NCBI GenBank assembly: GCA_965153355.1 | Contig: OZ231126.1 | Location: 24,366,001-24,430,000, forward strand | Direction: 5' to 3' | Source: Flaccisagitta enflata | Taxonomy: Eukaryota | Length of the DNA stretch: 64,000 nucleotides | Shown here: positions 14,648 through 27,772 of the stretch, piece by piece | Numbering within the stretch: the stretch's first letter is position 1 | How the letters are laid out: the number at the start of each line of letters is the position of its first letter | Position numbers and translations under genes: made by a program | The notes under the pieces: generated by a model | Database searches by the model: none | Told to the model about the DNA's origin: nothing | What the model saw: the letters and a program-made list of their open reading frames with translations, nothing else

Positions 14648-16432
14648 GATTTCTGACTCTCTTTCTCTCTGTCATCTTTCATTTGTCAAAAGCGTAGATG
14701 GAATGAAAGCGGACGGATGTTGGTCGGCCAGTCGGTCGGTCGGTCAGTCGGCCAGTCGGTCGCTGCGATCGGTATGATTACAAAGATTTATTCCTTCGGC
14801 CGAAGTAGAATCTACGTTTTCATCAGACGGGTTTTGGTTAGTCCGTCTGTCCGCGTCTGGTCATCGGATTTGCGTCTGACTATCTCATCGACTGTCTTGG
14901 CTGTCTATCTTTCCAACTGTCTAATGTATCTTAAGAGTTTTGACTGAGTGCGTCTAAATGTCGTAGTTGGGCGTAGTCGTAAGCGAACGATCGGAGACTA
15001 CGATTGGAAACCAGACTTGGATTTGAGGACGATCTACAAGAGAAGACACACACACCAAAGAGAGTGTGAGAGGGGAGGAAGGAAGATGAGCTGGGGGGGG
15101 GAGGAAGGAAGATGAGCTAGAGGGGGGGGGGAAGATAACGATCTTAGAGGGAGAGGGTAGGATGGAAGATGAGCTAGAGGTGTGTGTGGGGGGGGGGGGT
15201 AAATACATGACTCGGCAAAGAGGTCGTAAGATAGAAGGGAGGAGTATGGCCATGGGCTACAATGAGGTGAGAGGTGGTGGGAGGGTGGTCACTGGCCGCT
15301 GGTCAGGTGACACAGCGAAGAGGAAATATCATGAATAAGAGGTGGGGAGGTGTATCAAGAGAGGGGGATAAGTTTTGAGCACGTCGTAAAAAACTAAGAT
15401 CAGAAGGGAGAGAAGCGAAATAGGGATTAGAATTGTCATTCTTATTTGAGATTTTTTTCTGCTGGTCATCTTCTTAAACACAAAATTGATTTTGCCGACT
15501 TCAAAGACAGACGCGTAAGAATTTGTGGAACAGAATACCGATAAAACTTTGTGCACGTTTAAATGATATCAATCATATCATGTCTGTGTGTCTTTCCGTC
15601 GGTAATTCACGCATTTAAATGACGATCAACCGGACGCACGTGTTGGCCAAGGTATAGGCTGTCTCAGAGATTTTCATGAACATATTCATCAGGAGGGCGT
15701 TGCGATTCTTTTTCTACAAGTTAGAGATCTCCAGAGGCTCCTACCCCTAAATGTCAAAGGGTTAGCAATAGCTTAGCACTAATAGGCGTATCATGCGTTC
15801 GTTCTAAAGGTGGATGCGACTCACATTCGGGAGTCGTCAAAATATCACGTTGGAGAAAGACCCGTAGTATGGTAGATTCTTCTCATCAGCTGATTAAATG
15901 TCAAAAATAAATGGCCAACAAGTTCTAAAATGAATTTTCTCCGTTCAGTTCAGACGCGCAAGAGTTAACCGTTTTACAAATGTTTTATCAATCCGGACAA
16001 GTTCGGCGAAGAGTTATGAAAGTCGGACAAATGGTGTAAATGTTCAAAATACCTCCTATGATACTGTCGTCTATCCATACCTATGTGATAAGTGATCTCA
16101 CTGCATTATGCAAATGAGCTTTTGTTAACGGTTTGTTTCTAACCAAATTCGGGATCAGTACCATTTGTGTACTACACAGCAGAATCGGTATCGGTATTGT
16201 TAAGACGAATCGGAAATGAGAGGGACAAATTGACGGATCAATTGATTGATGGACAGACAGACCAGCGAAACGAGAAAGCGACATGTCAGCATATCATAAC
16301 GGGGAAAAACCAATTAACAAGGCCGGATACACGGCCACCAGTTGCGGACGGGTGGGCAGGGGCGGAAATGCGCGTTTTCACACTTTTCGACTCGATCATT
16401 ACGGACCGAACAATCCCCACTAAACTCATGAA

Positions 16433-16473
<41 letters not shown>

Positions 16474-16505
16474 GGTTGTGGTTGTGGTTGTGGTTGTGGT
16501 TGTGG

Positions 16506-16539
<34 letters not shown>

Positions 16540-17240
16540 AGTTGTGGTTTTGGTTGTCGTTGTTGTTGTTGTTGTTGTTGTTGTCGTTGTCGTTGTCGTT
16601 TTGGTTGTGGTTGTCGTTTGCGTCATTGTCGACTTACAGTCCAACTTGCGAACTGACCAACGGGCAGTTCGGTTGTGCTGCTTGGATTACAAGTACAACG
16701 ACCAAAGGAGAAAAAAAAGCTACGTCAAGTTACGAAATTATTTAGCCCTTCTTTCATTTTTCTCTCCTATAGCTTTAGGCAAAACATCGCCCGGTCTTTA
16801 AAAAAAAAATACCCGTTCCCCCACATTCAGTCCAAGGGGATCAGTCAACCTCAAAGCTTGGAGGCCAAAACCGAAACCCACTGTAATTTATGAGCCATAA
16901 ATTAAGCGCGGGGTTGTAAAGCTGTCATAAGTCATGCGCTCTGAAGGGGGGAGGAGACGGAGAGGGACAGAGAGAGGGAGGAAGGTAGGAGGAAATTGTG
17001 TGTTGGTGAAGGGAAGGAGGAAGAGAAAGGAGAGCTGAAGGAGGAGCAGAAGGAGGAAAGCGTTTGGATGAGGAGGAAGAGGGGAATTGACAGACGTTTG
17101 GGTTTTGTAAACTGGTGAAAGAGAAACAGAGAGAGACAAAATCAAAATGAAAAGAGGGAGGGGAAAACGGGACATTTATTGTCATGTTGCACGACGGGTA
17201 CGCGTTGGTCTGGAAGGGAGGGAGGGATAGAATGTGAGTT

Positions 17241-17343
<103 letters not shown>

Positions 17344-18104
17344 AGAGATAAGTGAGAGGAGGAGCTAAGGAATGGGATGGGGTAAAAGAGGAAGTAGAGG
17401 GAGGGGTGTAATGCTGGATTCAGAGTCGTATGTCACCGTGACTGTGTTAACGTATACAGAGAGGCAGCGATGAATCATATCTAAAAGGCAAAAGGCAAAC
17501 AAATGTACACATACAAACGAGAAAACAAAGCAAAACGAAAAGACGGTGAAAAAGATATAGTGGCGAAATATGAAATTATAGTGGAAAAAAAACCGTGGGC
17601 GCGCCGCAACAAAGAGACGTGAATGAAAACAAGGCCGGATACACGGCTACCCGTCGCGTGCGGGTGGGCAGGGGCCATAATTGAGGTCACTTCATCATTT
17701 GGGCAGGTGCGGTGTGGCCAGAAACCGCAAAAACAAACAAAACTAGTCATCCAAGGATCGCACATGGTCAGCGGTACCCGATAGCCTGCTGGGAGTGATC
17801 CAGTGAAGAGGTGGAGTGAGAGCAGGGCAGCGGCCCCAAAGGGCCAATGTCCTGTAGAACACAGTGGGGAATTTTGAGACGTCCGTCCGTCCTTCCATCC
17901 TAAGGGGGCATATTTCAGGCTTTTGATGGCTGATTAAGGCCACTGAAGGTATATTTGGGGGCTAGAGGGCTGGGGTGTTTCAGATCAGGGCTATGGTCTC
18001 CGAGTGGGCTGGCCGAAATTTTGTAGTTGGGGTATAGTTAGTTGAAGCCCCCGGGCACCATAGTTGGCTTCCCGGGTGCCCCCACGAGTGACTCGGTCTC
18101 CATT

Positions 18105-19480
18105 TAGGTGGTCAAAATAGCCAAAAATGGCCAAAAATGACCATTATGCTAAAAAATGCAAAAAATTGGTTTATTTTTCACAAAAAATCTCAATCATTGA
18201 TCCAGTTCATCGAGTTGTAATGTATAGACATGGATTTCACTGAAAAACGGCCAGTGACTGCAATTGGGCGCTTGCGAGGGACCTAAAATGGCTAAAAAAA
18301 GGCCTAATAGTCGCAAAAGCGTTAGATGGTCAGCGGTACGCGTTGCCCCTAAGTGAGTGTATGAGGGTGTGAGATGGTGAGAGGGGCAGCGGCCCCGAAG
18401 GAGCCGATGACCTATGCTGTTTTTATTTGAGCCTGGAGGCTGGAATCAGGGCCTTGAAGCTGGGATTTGAGCTTAGAGGCGGGGATTTGAGCCTCTTGGC
18501 TGATATTGGAGCCTCGAGACTGGGATTTGAGCCTCAAGGTTAGAATTGGAGCCTCAAGGCTGGGATTTGGGCCTTGAGGCTGAGATTTGGGCCTTGAGGC
18601 TGGGATTTGGGCCTTGAGGCTGGGATTTGGGTCTCGAGGCTGAAGGCAGGGGGGGGTACGAAGGAGGAGAAGGAGAAGAAGAAGGAGGAGAAATTTGCCC
18701 TGTGTGAAAGCATAGGTCATCGGCCCCTTCGGGGCCGCTGCCCAAAAATGACCCACTTTACTCAAGATAAAAAAATAATGAAAAATAATGAAAATTTTTG
18801 TTCAAAACCTTGAAATATCCAAGAATTAAGCCTCAGTGAAGTGTAAGAGAGCAGAAACAGCAAAAAAATTTGGACCTGAGCACCGTATAACCCTTAAAAC
18901 AGGCCTTAAATGGCAAAAAATGACCAAAAATGACCAAAACGCTTTAAAATTCAATAATTTGGTTTATTTTTCATAAAAAATCCCTATTATTGATCCAGTT
19001 CACTCCAGTATGGTCTATAGAATTGGATTTGGCCTAAAAACAGTCAATGGCTGCTATTAGGGGCTAGCTTAAGAACCAAAATGCCCAAAAAAGCCCTAAA
19101 ATGACCGATTTTGCGTTATGTGCAAAATTAATGAAAAATATTGAAATTTTTTCTTCCAAACATCAAAATGAACAAGAATGTAGCCACAGTGAAGTGTAAG
19201 AGAGTAGAAATAGCAACAAAATATGGCTCTGAGCATTGTATAAGCCCAAAAACAGGCCCTAAACAGCCAAAAATGGCCAAAAATGACCCAAATGCTTTAA
19301 AATTCAAAGAATTGTATTATTTTCCACAAAAATTCCCAATTATTGATCCTGTTCATTTGAGTATGGTGTTTAAACGTTGGTTTGGCCAAAAAATAGCAAT
19401 AGGCTGCAGTTGGGGGGCTTTTAAGAGGCCCAAAATGACCTAAAAAAGCCTCAAAATGACCCATTTTATGCAAAATCAAA
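18105..19480. repeat. Degenerate tandem repeat with ~353-bp period (about 2.5 units; the first is interrupted)
   Basis: aaatg(g/a)ccaaaaatgacc...attgatcc(a/t)gttca recurs at about 18125, 18918 and 19271. Confidence 0.7.
18307..18747. mobile_element. Family B HINE-like element inserted into a ~353-bp tandem repeat
   Basis: Runs aatagtcgcaaaagcgttagatggtcagcggtac...ggggccgctgcccaa with a GGCTGGGATTTGAGCCTCAA array. No target-site duplication relative to the sister repeat units. Confidence 0.75.
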
Positions 19481-19750
19481 AGTTAATCAAAAGTCACAAC
19501 TATCCTTTACTATTAACAAACAAATTTTGTCTGTCAATGAAACAATTTTTTTATAATAATCAATGAAAACATACTTAGTAAAAAACATTTTTTTGACCAA
19601 CCTGTCTCATGTGCTATTCAGAATTTTGGTACACCCTGGTTGGATGCAGTTACCTCTTCCTTATAGTTTTTGCGAGGAAAAAGATTGCTTGCTAGCTCCT
19701 TATCATTCCGGAATCAGCTAGTCTGTTTGAGCATTGAGCAAGTTGTCATC

Positions 19751-20079
19751 ATGGATCCTCCCAACGAAGAAAATAATTCCAAGAACGACGAAAATGCTAC
19801 ACCACAGAAGCCTAAGTCGCAGAAGACGCAGATTGATCTGCTCGAATTTATCCCGGAATTGGGGGATCTATCGCCAATTTCGGAATTCAAAGGCCCTCGA
19901 GTTCCTTCGCGTCGTCAAGTATTGCGCCATGTCTTGTTTTTTGTCGCGCTTGGCTTGTCGTTGGTCGAAGCAGGAGGAAAGGTCGTCGATAACGTCCTCA
20001 AAAAGCATGTTGCAGCTGCGCAGGCCAAGACGCGAAACAAAATCATAGATGATGTTGTTTCACTTTACAAGAAGACAAG
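19751..20079 (+). CDS. Exon 1 of a spliced ORF resembling the N-terminal region of a DNA-transposon protein
   Basis: Non-repetitive ORF MDPPNEEN...EFKGPRVPSRRQVLRHVLFFVALGLSLVEAGGKVVDNVLKKH...KIIDDVVSLYKKTR with donor AG|gtcata. The motif G.R.PSRRQVL..V.F recalls arthropod transposon-derived proteins; this is from memory, not a search. Confidence 0.5.
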
Positions 20080-20216
20080 GTCATAACAATGCTTTTCATT
20101 GTTGATTTTTGTTATTTGTTTTGTCCCCGAGGTCCTAACACTGTAGCAGTTTGATTTGAAATTGTCATTAATGAAGTCAGAGTATCAACTAGATAATTGG
20201 TTCCCTAATTCTGAAG

Positions 20217-20453
20217 GGAGCTCAACTCGTCGCCGCATAAAGGAGGGAAAGCCTTTCAGACGAAGATTGCCGCTTGGACCGAGTCAATGAAAGATGAATT
20301 TCCGGTATTTCCTCGCCAAAAGCCACAGCGTCCGTCATTCATACAGAAACCTACTGAGGAGGAAATCCGACAGGAGAAAAGAAAAGCGATGGAGGAGGAA
20401 AGTGAAGAGAAAAGAAGGAAAAAAAGTCAAGATGACAAGGAGGTAGCAGAGAG

Positions 20454-20460
<7 letters not shown>
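20217..20460 (+). CDS. Exon 2 of the same ORF, running into an (AG)n tract (truncated)
   Basis: Acceptor ctgaag|g at 20216 is phase-compatible with exon 1 and reads ELNSSPHKGGKAFQTKIAAWTESMKDEFPVFPRQKPQ..., continuous with ORF 20287..20526. Confidence 0.45.
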
Positions 20461-20512
<52 letters not shown>

Positions 20513-20663
20513 ATATATATATATAGAGATAGAGAGAGAGAGAGAGACCCTGACGTGGAGAAACAGAGATAGACAGACAGACAGACAAAGAGAGAGACAA
20601 ACAGAAATGGAGAGATATACAGACATGGCAGAGACATGGCAAAGGGATAGAAAACAGACAGAC

Positions 20664-20764
<101 letters not shown>

Positions 20765-21618
20765 AGAGAAAGACAGACAGACAGACAGACATAAAGAGAG
20801 GCAAACAGACATGGAGAGACAGACAGATATGGAGAGGGCAGAATTAAGGCTTGGAGAGCAGATTTTAGGTTTTGAAGGCTGATTTGATGCTTGGAAGGCT
20901 AATTGAAGATCTGGAGGGAAGATTTGAGGACTGAAAGGCCGATTTGAGGCATTGGGGAAGCTAATTTCAAGCCAAGAGGGCTGATTTGAGGTCTAGAGGG
21001 CTAGATTGAGGCCTGGGAGGGCTAATTTGAGGCCTTGATATTCACGGATGGACGGACGGGGAAGGACGGAAGGACGGACGGACGGACGTCTCGGAAATTC
21101 CCCCATCCTGGACATCGGCCCTTTGGGGCCGCTGGCCAAAAAGTAAAGTGTGACGGACTGACGGACGGACCGACGGACGGACCGAAAAAGCGGGGTGTAG
21201 AGTCGCGTAGCACGCGAATGAAAACTAAAACGAGGGGTTACAATATCGCCGTGGACAGGTCGGCAGCGGCATACACCCCTTTCTCCACACACGCACTCAC
21301 ACACAAAAAAATGCGCGTTTCTTCGTTTTTTGACTTGTGCGTTACAGGCGAACGGACAAATGGACGGACTGGTAGAGGGACCCACGGACAGGCAAAGCCT
21401 TTTATAGAGTAACTCGCTTGTCCGTGACAAAGAAGTAACCAAAAGGCAAAAAGAGAGAAACAGGAAGCCAGAGTCAGAGACTGACATACAGTGAAACAGA
21501 CAGACGTAGTTGGACGGAAATACAGATTTACAGACAATTAGCCTGACCGACATTCAAGAAGACAGTAAGAGAAAAAGATAGAGAGATAGATAGATAGATA
21601 GACAAAAAGATAGATACA

Positions 21619-22193
21619 GTATGTTTATTCTCAAATGAAACAAAAGATGACGGAATTTAATTCAGAAACAAATTAAGATAATCAAATTCCGAAAAAAGCC
21701 ACTGAAAGAGTATGTTCTGGCATTTGTTTGTGCCGAATCTTAGCCTTTGGCCTTAATTCAAGTGGTCTAGCTACAATCTGCAATTGAAATAAAACTGTGA
21801 AAATTACAATATCACTCAATTTTCCTCCAATTTCAGTCCCACAAATTCGTTTTTCCAAGATTTTTTTTAGATGGAGTGAACCATTTAGCTAGAAAAAATC
21901 CTATGTTCTATCAGAAATCTCACACACATTGCTTGTTAAGATGAGCAATATCCAAATATGTAAAATGAGGGCCAAATTGGAAAATCTCATCCTTCATCTC
22001 GAGTCAAAAAAAGTGACAACAAATAATTCATAACTTTTCTTTAAATGCAGATTGAAGCTAAACCGTTTGACACCATAAGCCATGATTAGGCTCAAATAAA
22101 TGCCAGAACATACTCTTTCTGGTGCTTTTTGCAGAATTTGATTATCCTTACTTGTTTTTGATTTATGCCGTCATCTTTTGTTTAGAGACATAC
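21619..22193. mobile_element. Older foldback or MITE element with ~130-bp imperfect terminal inverted repeats
   Basis: Left arm gtatgt...aaacaaaagatgacgg...gataatcaaattc...aaagagtatgttctggcattt pairs with right arm aaatgccagaacatactcttt...gaatttgattatc...ccgtcatcttttgttt...acatac. Confidence 0.75.
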
Positions 22194-22756
22194 AAAAACA
22201 GAGAGGGCAAAAAGAAAAGAAGAAAGAAAAACAACAAAAACAAAAACAAAAGACAAAAAAAAAAACAACAGCGAGACTCAGACAGACAAAGACAATGAGA
22301 TAGACACTGAAAGACAGAACGAAAAAGAGTAAACGGAGTAAGAGAGTAACTGTCGACCCCTTGTCGCGTTTATTTCGTATTCAGTAACAAGAGTTTGTTC
22401 GGTTGTTCGGGTTTGAGGTGGCTAAGAGGAGGAAGAGGAGGAAGAGGAGGAGGTGGTGGAGGAGGAGCCTCAGAGGAGGCGGTTCTCTTGTCTGGCGTCG
22501 TTGTTTATGGGGTGAGATGAGGTCACCGAAATTCACGTCAAATTTTCATGCGTGGTCTCTGTTTATTGGTTTTTCCCTCTTTCTTTCTCTCTCGCCAGGG
22601 GGCACATGCAAGGTGTAGGTTTCCACATACAGGAAAATAATAGGACAGGGAAAAAATGGGCAAAAAATGTTTTCGAAAAAAGTAAAAAAGAAACAATACA
22701 TCTAAATGAACGCAAACTAGTCGGGATGGATGGAAGAAAAAAACAGAAAATATAAT

Positions 22757-22835
<79 letters not shown>

Positions 22836-23046
22836 AGACACGGAGATTGTCATGTTTTCTTTTTCCTTTTCCTGTGCATCAGAATTTACGATCTCGCAAC
22901 AATTTTTTTCGAATAAAAATGAAATTTGGATGCGTTTTTGGTCGCGGTTGTCGATGTTGAAGCCGCCTCCGGCGTTGCCGTTGTCGAAGTTAATGTTGGT
23001 GGCGCAGACTCCAGAAGAGATTCCTGAAGAAATCACAACTGCAATT

Positions 23047-23240
23047 AACAAGGCCGGATACAAGGCTACCGAAGTCGCGTTCGGGTGGTCAGGGGCCATA
23101 TTTGAGTTCACTAGACCATTTAGGCAGTAGCAGTGAGGTCAAAGAAATAAAATCATAAAAAAAAGTAAAACGTGACCGACCGACCGACCGACGGACGGAC
23201 GGACAAAGCGGGTTGTAGAGTCGCGTGCACGCGACTAAAA
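23047..23240 (+). mobile_element. Family A DINE-1/HINE-like element, complete
   Basis: AACAAGGCCGGATAC start, GGGTGGTCAGGGGC block, (GACC)/(GACG) tract, and terminal hairpin AGTCGCGTGCACGCGACT followed by AAAA. No TSD. Confidence 0.75.
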
Positions 23241-23552
23241 ACTTATGTTAAAAAGAAAAACAAAACAAAACAAAAGGTTGTCGACTTCTTGTCAATTTTT
23301 CAGTAGCGTCGCCACGTCTATCCGTCGATTAGTCCGTCCGCCGGGCTGTCCGTCTGTCTGTCGTCTGTAACATTTTTGAATTGCGAGCAGTTTTCGCATT
23401 AGTTCTCCTTCCCAACCATCCGCGACTGGATTGCCGTGTATCCGGCCTTGTTACTCGCGGACTCGAGACTTTATACATTGCTGTGTTGGTCTGCTTATCA
23501 TCCGTCCCTCTTTCGGTCGATCTCTTCGTAATGCTCTCAGGATGTGGTCCTT

Positions 23553-24065
23553 TTGGGCAGCGGCCCCGAAGGCCAAAGGGGTCGATGACCTATGCTTTCA
23601 TACATATGGGGAATTTTCTCCTTCTTCTTCTTCTCTTCCTCTCCTTCTTCTCCGTCCCTTGAGGCCCAAATCCTAGCCTCGAGGCCCAAATCCTAGCCTC
23701 GAGGCCCAGATCCTAGCCTTGAGGCTCAAATCCTGACCTTGAGACCCAAATCCTAGCCTCGAGGCCCAAATCCTAGCCTCGAGCCCCAAATCCTAGCCTA
23801 AAGGCCAAAATCCTAGCCTGGAGGCCCAGATCCCAGCCTTGAGGCCAAAATCCTAGCCTGGAGGCCCAGATCCCAGCCTTGAAGGCCAAATCCCAGCCTT
23901 GAAGTCCAAATCCAAGCCAAGAGGCCCGATCTCAGGAGGAGAAGGAGAAAAGCATAGGTCATCGACCACTTTGGGGCCGCTGCCCTGCTCCCCCTTCAAC
24001 TTCAAGCACAACCTACTCAGGCAGGGCACGGGTACCGCTGACCGTCTGACGCTTTTTCGACTATT
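23553..24065. mobile_element. Family B HINE-like element
   Basis: tttgggcagcggcccc, a 20-bp array (GAGGCCCAAATCCTAGCCTC)n, ggggccgctgccc, then gggtaccgctgacc...cgactatt. Confidence 0.75.
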
Positions 24066-25959
24066 TGTGTTTTTATTGTGGTATAGGTCATTGTAAGGTA
24101 TGAAAGTGTAATATACTGTTATACATACTGTAGTTCTGTATTACTGTAGTAATGCCCTTCAGGAGTGTATATAATTGAGCCGCTTTTTATCCCCCCCCCC
24201 CTGCCTTTGATTTTCTTCCCCGCAACGCGGCGCGTCACATTTTAAAATCTATGATTTTCTTCCCCATAAAGCGATAAAGCAATGTAGTTATGGTTTGGAT
24301 AGTGTTAAATTGTGTACTACTTACTAGTTTTTATGATTTGGTACTGTCAAAAGTTATACTTTCCCCTTCCCCTTCTGATTTCCTTCCCCATCTCGAAACC
24401 CTTTGATATTATTCCCCCAAAACAAAACAAATCAAAACAAACAAACAAACAAACAAAAGAAAACAAAAAAAATCCCATACGAACCAGTCTAGGCGGTGGA
24501 AAGCTGTGGTTATGGGCGCTGGAGTTAAGATAGGGCCGGTGGGGGGATACGGAAATGCGCATTTTCGAACATAGCGACGCGAAGAAAGGTCAGACAGACG
24601 TATAGATTGACAGATAACAAGCAAGACTGATACACGGACGGACATATGGATGATGCGTCATTTTGAATCGGCAGTCCAAATTGCAGTTTTCGATGATGAC
24701 GAAAGGTGCAAAATGAGGCGCCAAATCGCACTGATGAAAATTCCTTTGTTTGCTGATTTATTGTTTTGTTCACATATTTGTTCATCGTTTTGTTCGTTTT
24801 TTCCTAAATCTCCTCCTCGTTCAACTCGATCATTAATTCAATCATTTATTTTGTTCGTTCAATCTATCGATCGTTTGTCCATCTGTTTGTTTGTTCATTT
24901 AGTGGTAATTTTTTCTTTACTAGTAATGCTGTTTTTTTTTTAAGTTAGAACGTTTGGTTGTAAGTATTTTGTTTTTTTGTTTTTGCAATAATTACAAGGC
25001 TGATTTGCTCTAGATGACTGATGGGACAACATCCCTCACTAAACTATACGTTTTGCCGTCATCGCCGTTTGTCATTGATAAGTGGGAACAAGAGTTACAG
25101 CCTAGCAGGAACCCCCAAAGTCAAAGAAAAAGCCTTCATCACAGGTTGACGTTGTCTGATGGCTCAAAGACGGAAGGTGCTTATAAATGGATGAAAAGCG
25201 AGATTGCGTAGACAGCGGAGGATAAAAAAGATGTACCAAGTCTGAAATGCGGAGCCTTTAAATGTTGGGGAGAGGGCGAGGCCGGAACCAGGCTTGACAA
25301 ATCTAAACAAAATATATTTCGAATGTCAGTGATGTTGTCACATATTTCACGTCGGAGGAGAGTTGAATACGCTCTTGCTTTGCACAATGCGTATGAAGAC
25401 GGCCAGGTTAAAGTCAAATTCTAAGCCATGCAAAGTAGTCTGACAGACTAACGAACTGATAGTGTTTTTGCGGTTTGGGATAACGCACCTCAAATAATGA
25501 GGGTCAAGTCGATGTACATATGGATGAAGCGAAGACGACGAGAAGCCATTAGAAACGAAAAACGAGGTTAAAAGCATGTAAAAGAAGAAGGGGGAAAGTT
25601 GGGTAGGTCTCATGGGATTCAGAAGGCTCGACCCGAGGTAGGGGGGAAAATCGAGATGTGGGGTGGGGGGAGAAGAAGAGCTTTTATGGTAACAAGTTTT
25701 TCATTACATTTTAACAAGGTCAAATACGAGGCTACCGAAGTCAAGGGCGGGTGGGCAGGGGCAGCAATAAAAAAAGCTAACAAAGCATTTGGGCAGGAGC
25801 CATAGTGCAAAACCGCCCAGAAACACCAAAAAAGCTAGGTGTGATCGTTCGACTGACACACCATCCAACCATATGACCGACATAGCGACTGAAAAGTAGA
25901 CAAATGCTTTCACAGAAAACCGATGATGAGAATTAAGATTATTTCCGATGCGGCGATTG

Positions 25960-26630
25960 TCGGGAAAAAAGTCGAAGTCAGTCTTCGAATTTTGGACATA
26001 TTCGAGAGAAACAGGGTTTTCATTTTCCTTTTAGAAAGTTGAGGGTCTCCTAGAGGTGATTGGGGCTTCCAATGAAATTGATAGGGTAAGTAAATTTGAT
26101 AATTCTCTTTCATTTGGCGCTAAGCAGAATGCTCTACGACAAATACTTTTGGTGCTATGATTTTTTTCAATTTTTTCGATTTTGTGTTCGATCAATAAAG
26201 GAATGTATTTATGTTTACTTGAGCATGCAAATACAAGAAAATATGTTTATGAGCAAAGCTGCTCATCTGTGAGGGTATTTTTTAGCATTTCAGCTCATTT
26301 AGCTCACTTAGCTCAGTCTGTTTTTTCTGATTTCAAATATGATAAATGAATGAATATTTTCAAACTTGTTAAAGCAAGCAAATAAAAAAACATGTCAGTG
26401 AGCAGAGCTGCTCATCTGTGAGGGCGTTTTCAAGTATTCTAGCTCATTTAGCTCATGTAGCTTGCGCTTTTTCTCTGATTTTAAAATGGATATATAAATT
26501 AATGTTTTGATTTTAGCATGCAAATACAAGAAAGCATATCAGTGAGCAAAGCTGGTTGTCTGGTTGAATCATTTTGATTATTTTAGCTCATCTAGCTCAT
26601 TTGGCTCAGTCCTATTTTTCTCTGATTTTC
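25960..26630 (-). repeat. Dispersed repeat, inverted paralogue of ~51900-52880
   Basis: Shares ~120-bp subrepeats (gctgctcatctgtgaggg...agctcatttagctca) and a block translating as MKE(N/S)YQIY(L/S)PYQFH in both copies. Confidence 0.7.
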
Positions 26631-26681
26631 AGTGCAGTCAATACATACAATTGCTTTTGATTTGATCTAACAAAATTTCAG

Positions 26682-26750
26682 TGACTGAAGATGATGAAAA
26701 GTGACCAATGCTTACGACTTTTTTCCTCACGGCGACAGCCGCCATTACTG
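26682..26750 (+). pseudogene. GH38 alpha-mannosidase-like exon remnant, copy 1
   Basis: tttcag| then ...DEK*PML[frameshift]YDFFPHGDSRHY(W)|gtaaag, matching the GH38 motif 'DFFPYAD..HYW(T/S)G'. Contains a stop and a frameshift. Confidence 0.45.
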
Positions 26751-27177
26751 GTAAAGAAGCGAGGCACACTACTACGCTGTACAAAGGTCCATCTTTTCCA
26801 TGTGGGGATAGGGACCAACAATATGTCACGAAAGCCTTTAGCCTCTCCCGAACCAGGAACCCTAATGCCCAAAAGTGTTCTAGCATCGGTGGACGTGACT
26901 GGGGTGGTGCCTGTCTGATTAGGGTGGTAAATCTTAGGTGGGGGTTTGAGCTGGAAGGGTCACTAAATGCTTGTGCCGCAAAAGTTTTCAGCGTCCCCCG
27001 GACCAGGGGAATGGCGATTTGTGGTCCTGCGTGGGTGAGGGTGATCGGGAGCTTCAGGGCAAGACCGAAGCAAAGGTCATCTTACGGGTCAATGATAATG
27101 ATCTATAAAACAGAATAATGATCGCAGCCTCGACTCACCAGCGCGCCTCAGTACGCAGCCCAGGAATCGCGCACGCA

Positions 27178-27230
<53 letters not shown>

Positions 27231-27772
27231 GTGTGTGTGCGTGTGTGTGTGTGTGTGTGTGTTTGTGAGTGAGTGAGTGAGTGAGAGAGAGACTGTGCTT
27301 GTTTTCATTGAGTCCGGCTTGTCGTTTTAGTCAGCCACGACTACACCTGCCGTGTCGGTCGGTAGGTCGGTTTGTCGGTCCGTCGGTCCGTCACATTTTT
27401 GAATTCCAAGCGGTTTTCGCATTACTGCTCCTGCCCAACCGTCCGCGACTGGATTGCCGTGTATCCGGCCTTGTTTTTTCACGATTTCATGATTCTTTCA
27501 GTACCACAGTCTGCAGGTTTGGATCATCAGTGTCATTTCCAGTCCTTGATCCTTCCAGTCATTGATCACTTATCAGTTCATAACTTAATAGTTCCGTTTT
27601 TCCGCCTCTATGTCTCTCCGTTTCTCATACTCCATAGAAGTACTTACCGTTGTCATTTTCGCTCTATTATATCGCTTGGAAACATCAATATGCCTTTCGT
27701 GGGCTCATGCCGACAGCTGTAGCGTCGGTTTTGTTTTTGTTTTATCTTGTTTTGTTTTGTTTTATATTTACT

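Noticed and set aside
22860-23025. Minus-strand exon-like stretch after a ttcttcag acceptor
   Set aside because: No recognisable domain or donor, and it abuts a repeat element.
25178-25199. AYKWMKS, resembling a labial-type Hox hexapeptide, upstream of the homeobox on the same strand
   Set aside because: A stop follows five codons after WMK with no convincing phase-1 donor, the context looks like a decayed unrelated exon, and YKWM is the wrong type for a central Hox gene.
26760-26918. TKVH and VLASVDVTG motifs resembling a Penelope-type reverse transcriptase
   Set aside because: Too short, spaced too closely and too degenerate to support without a search.
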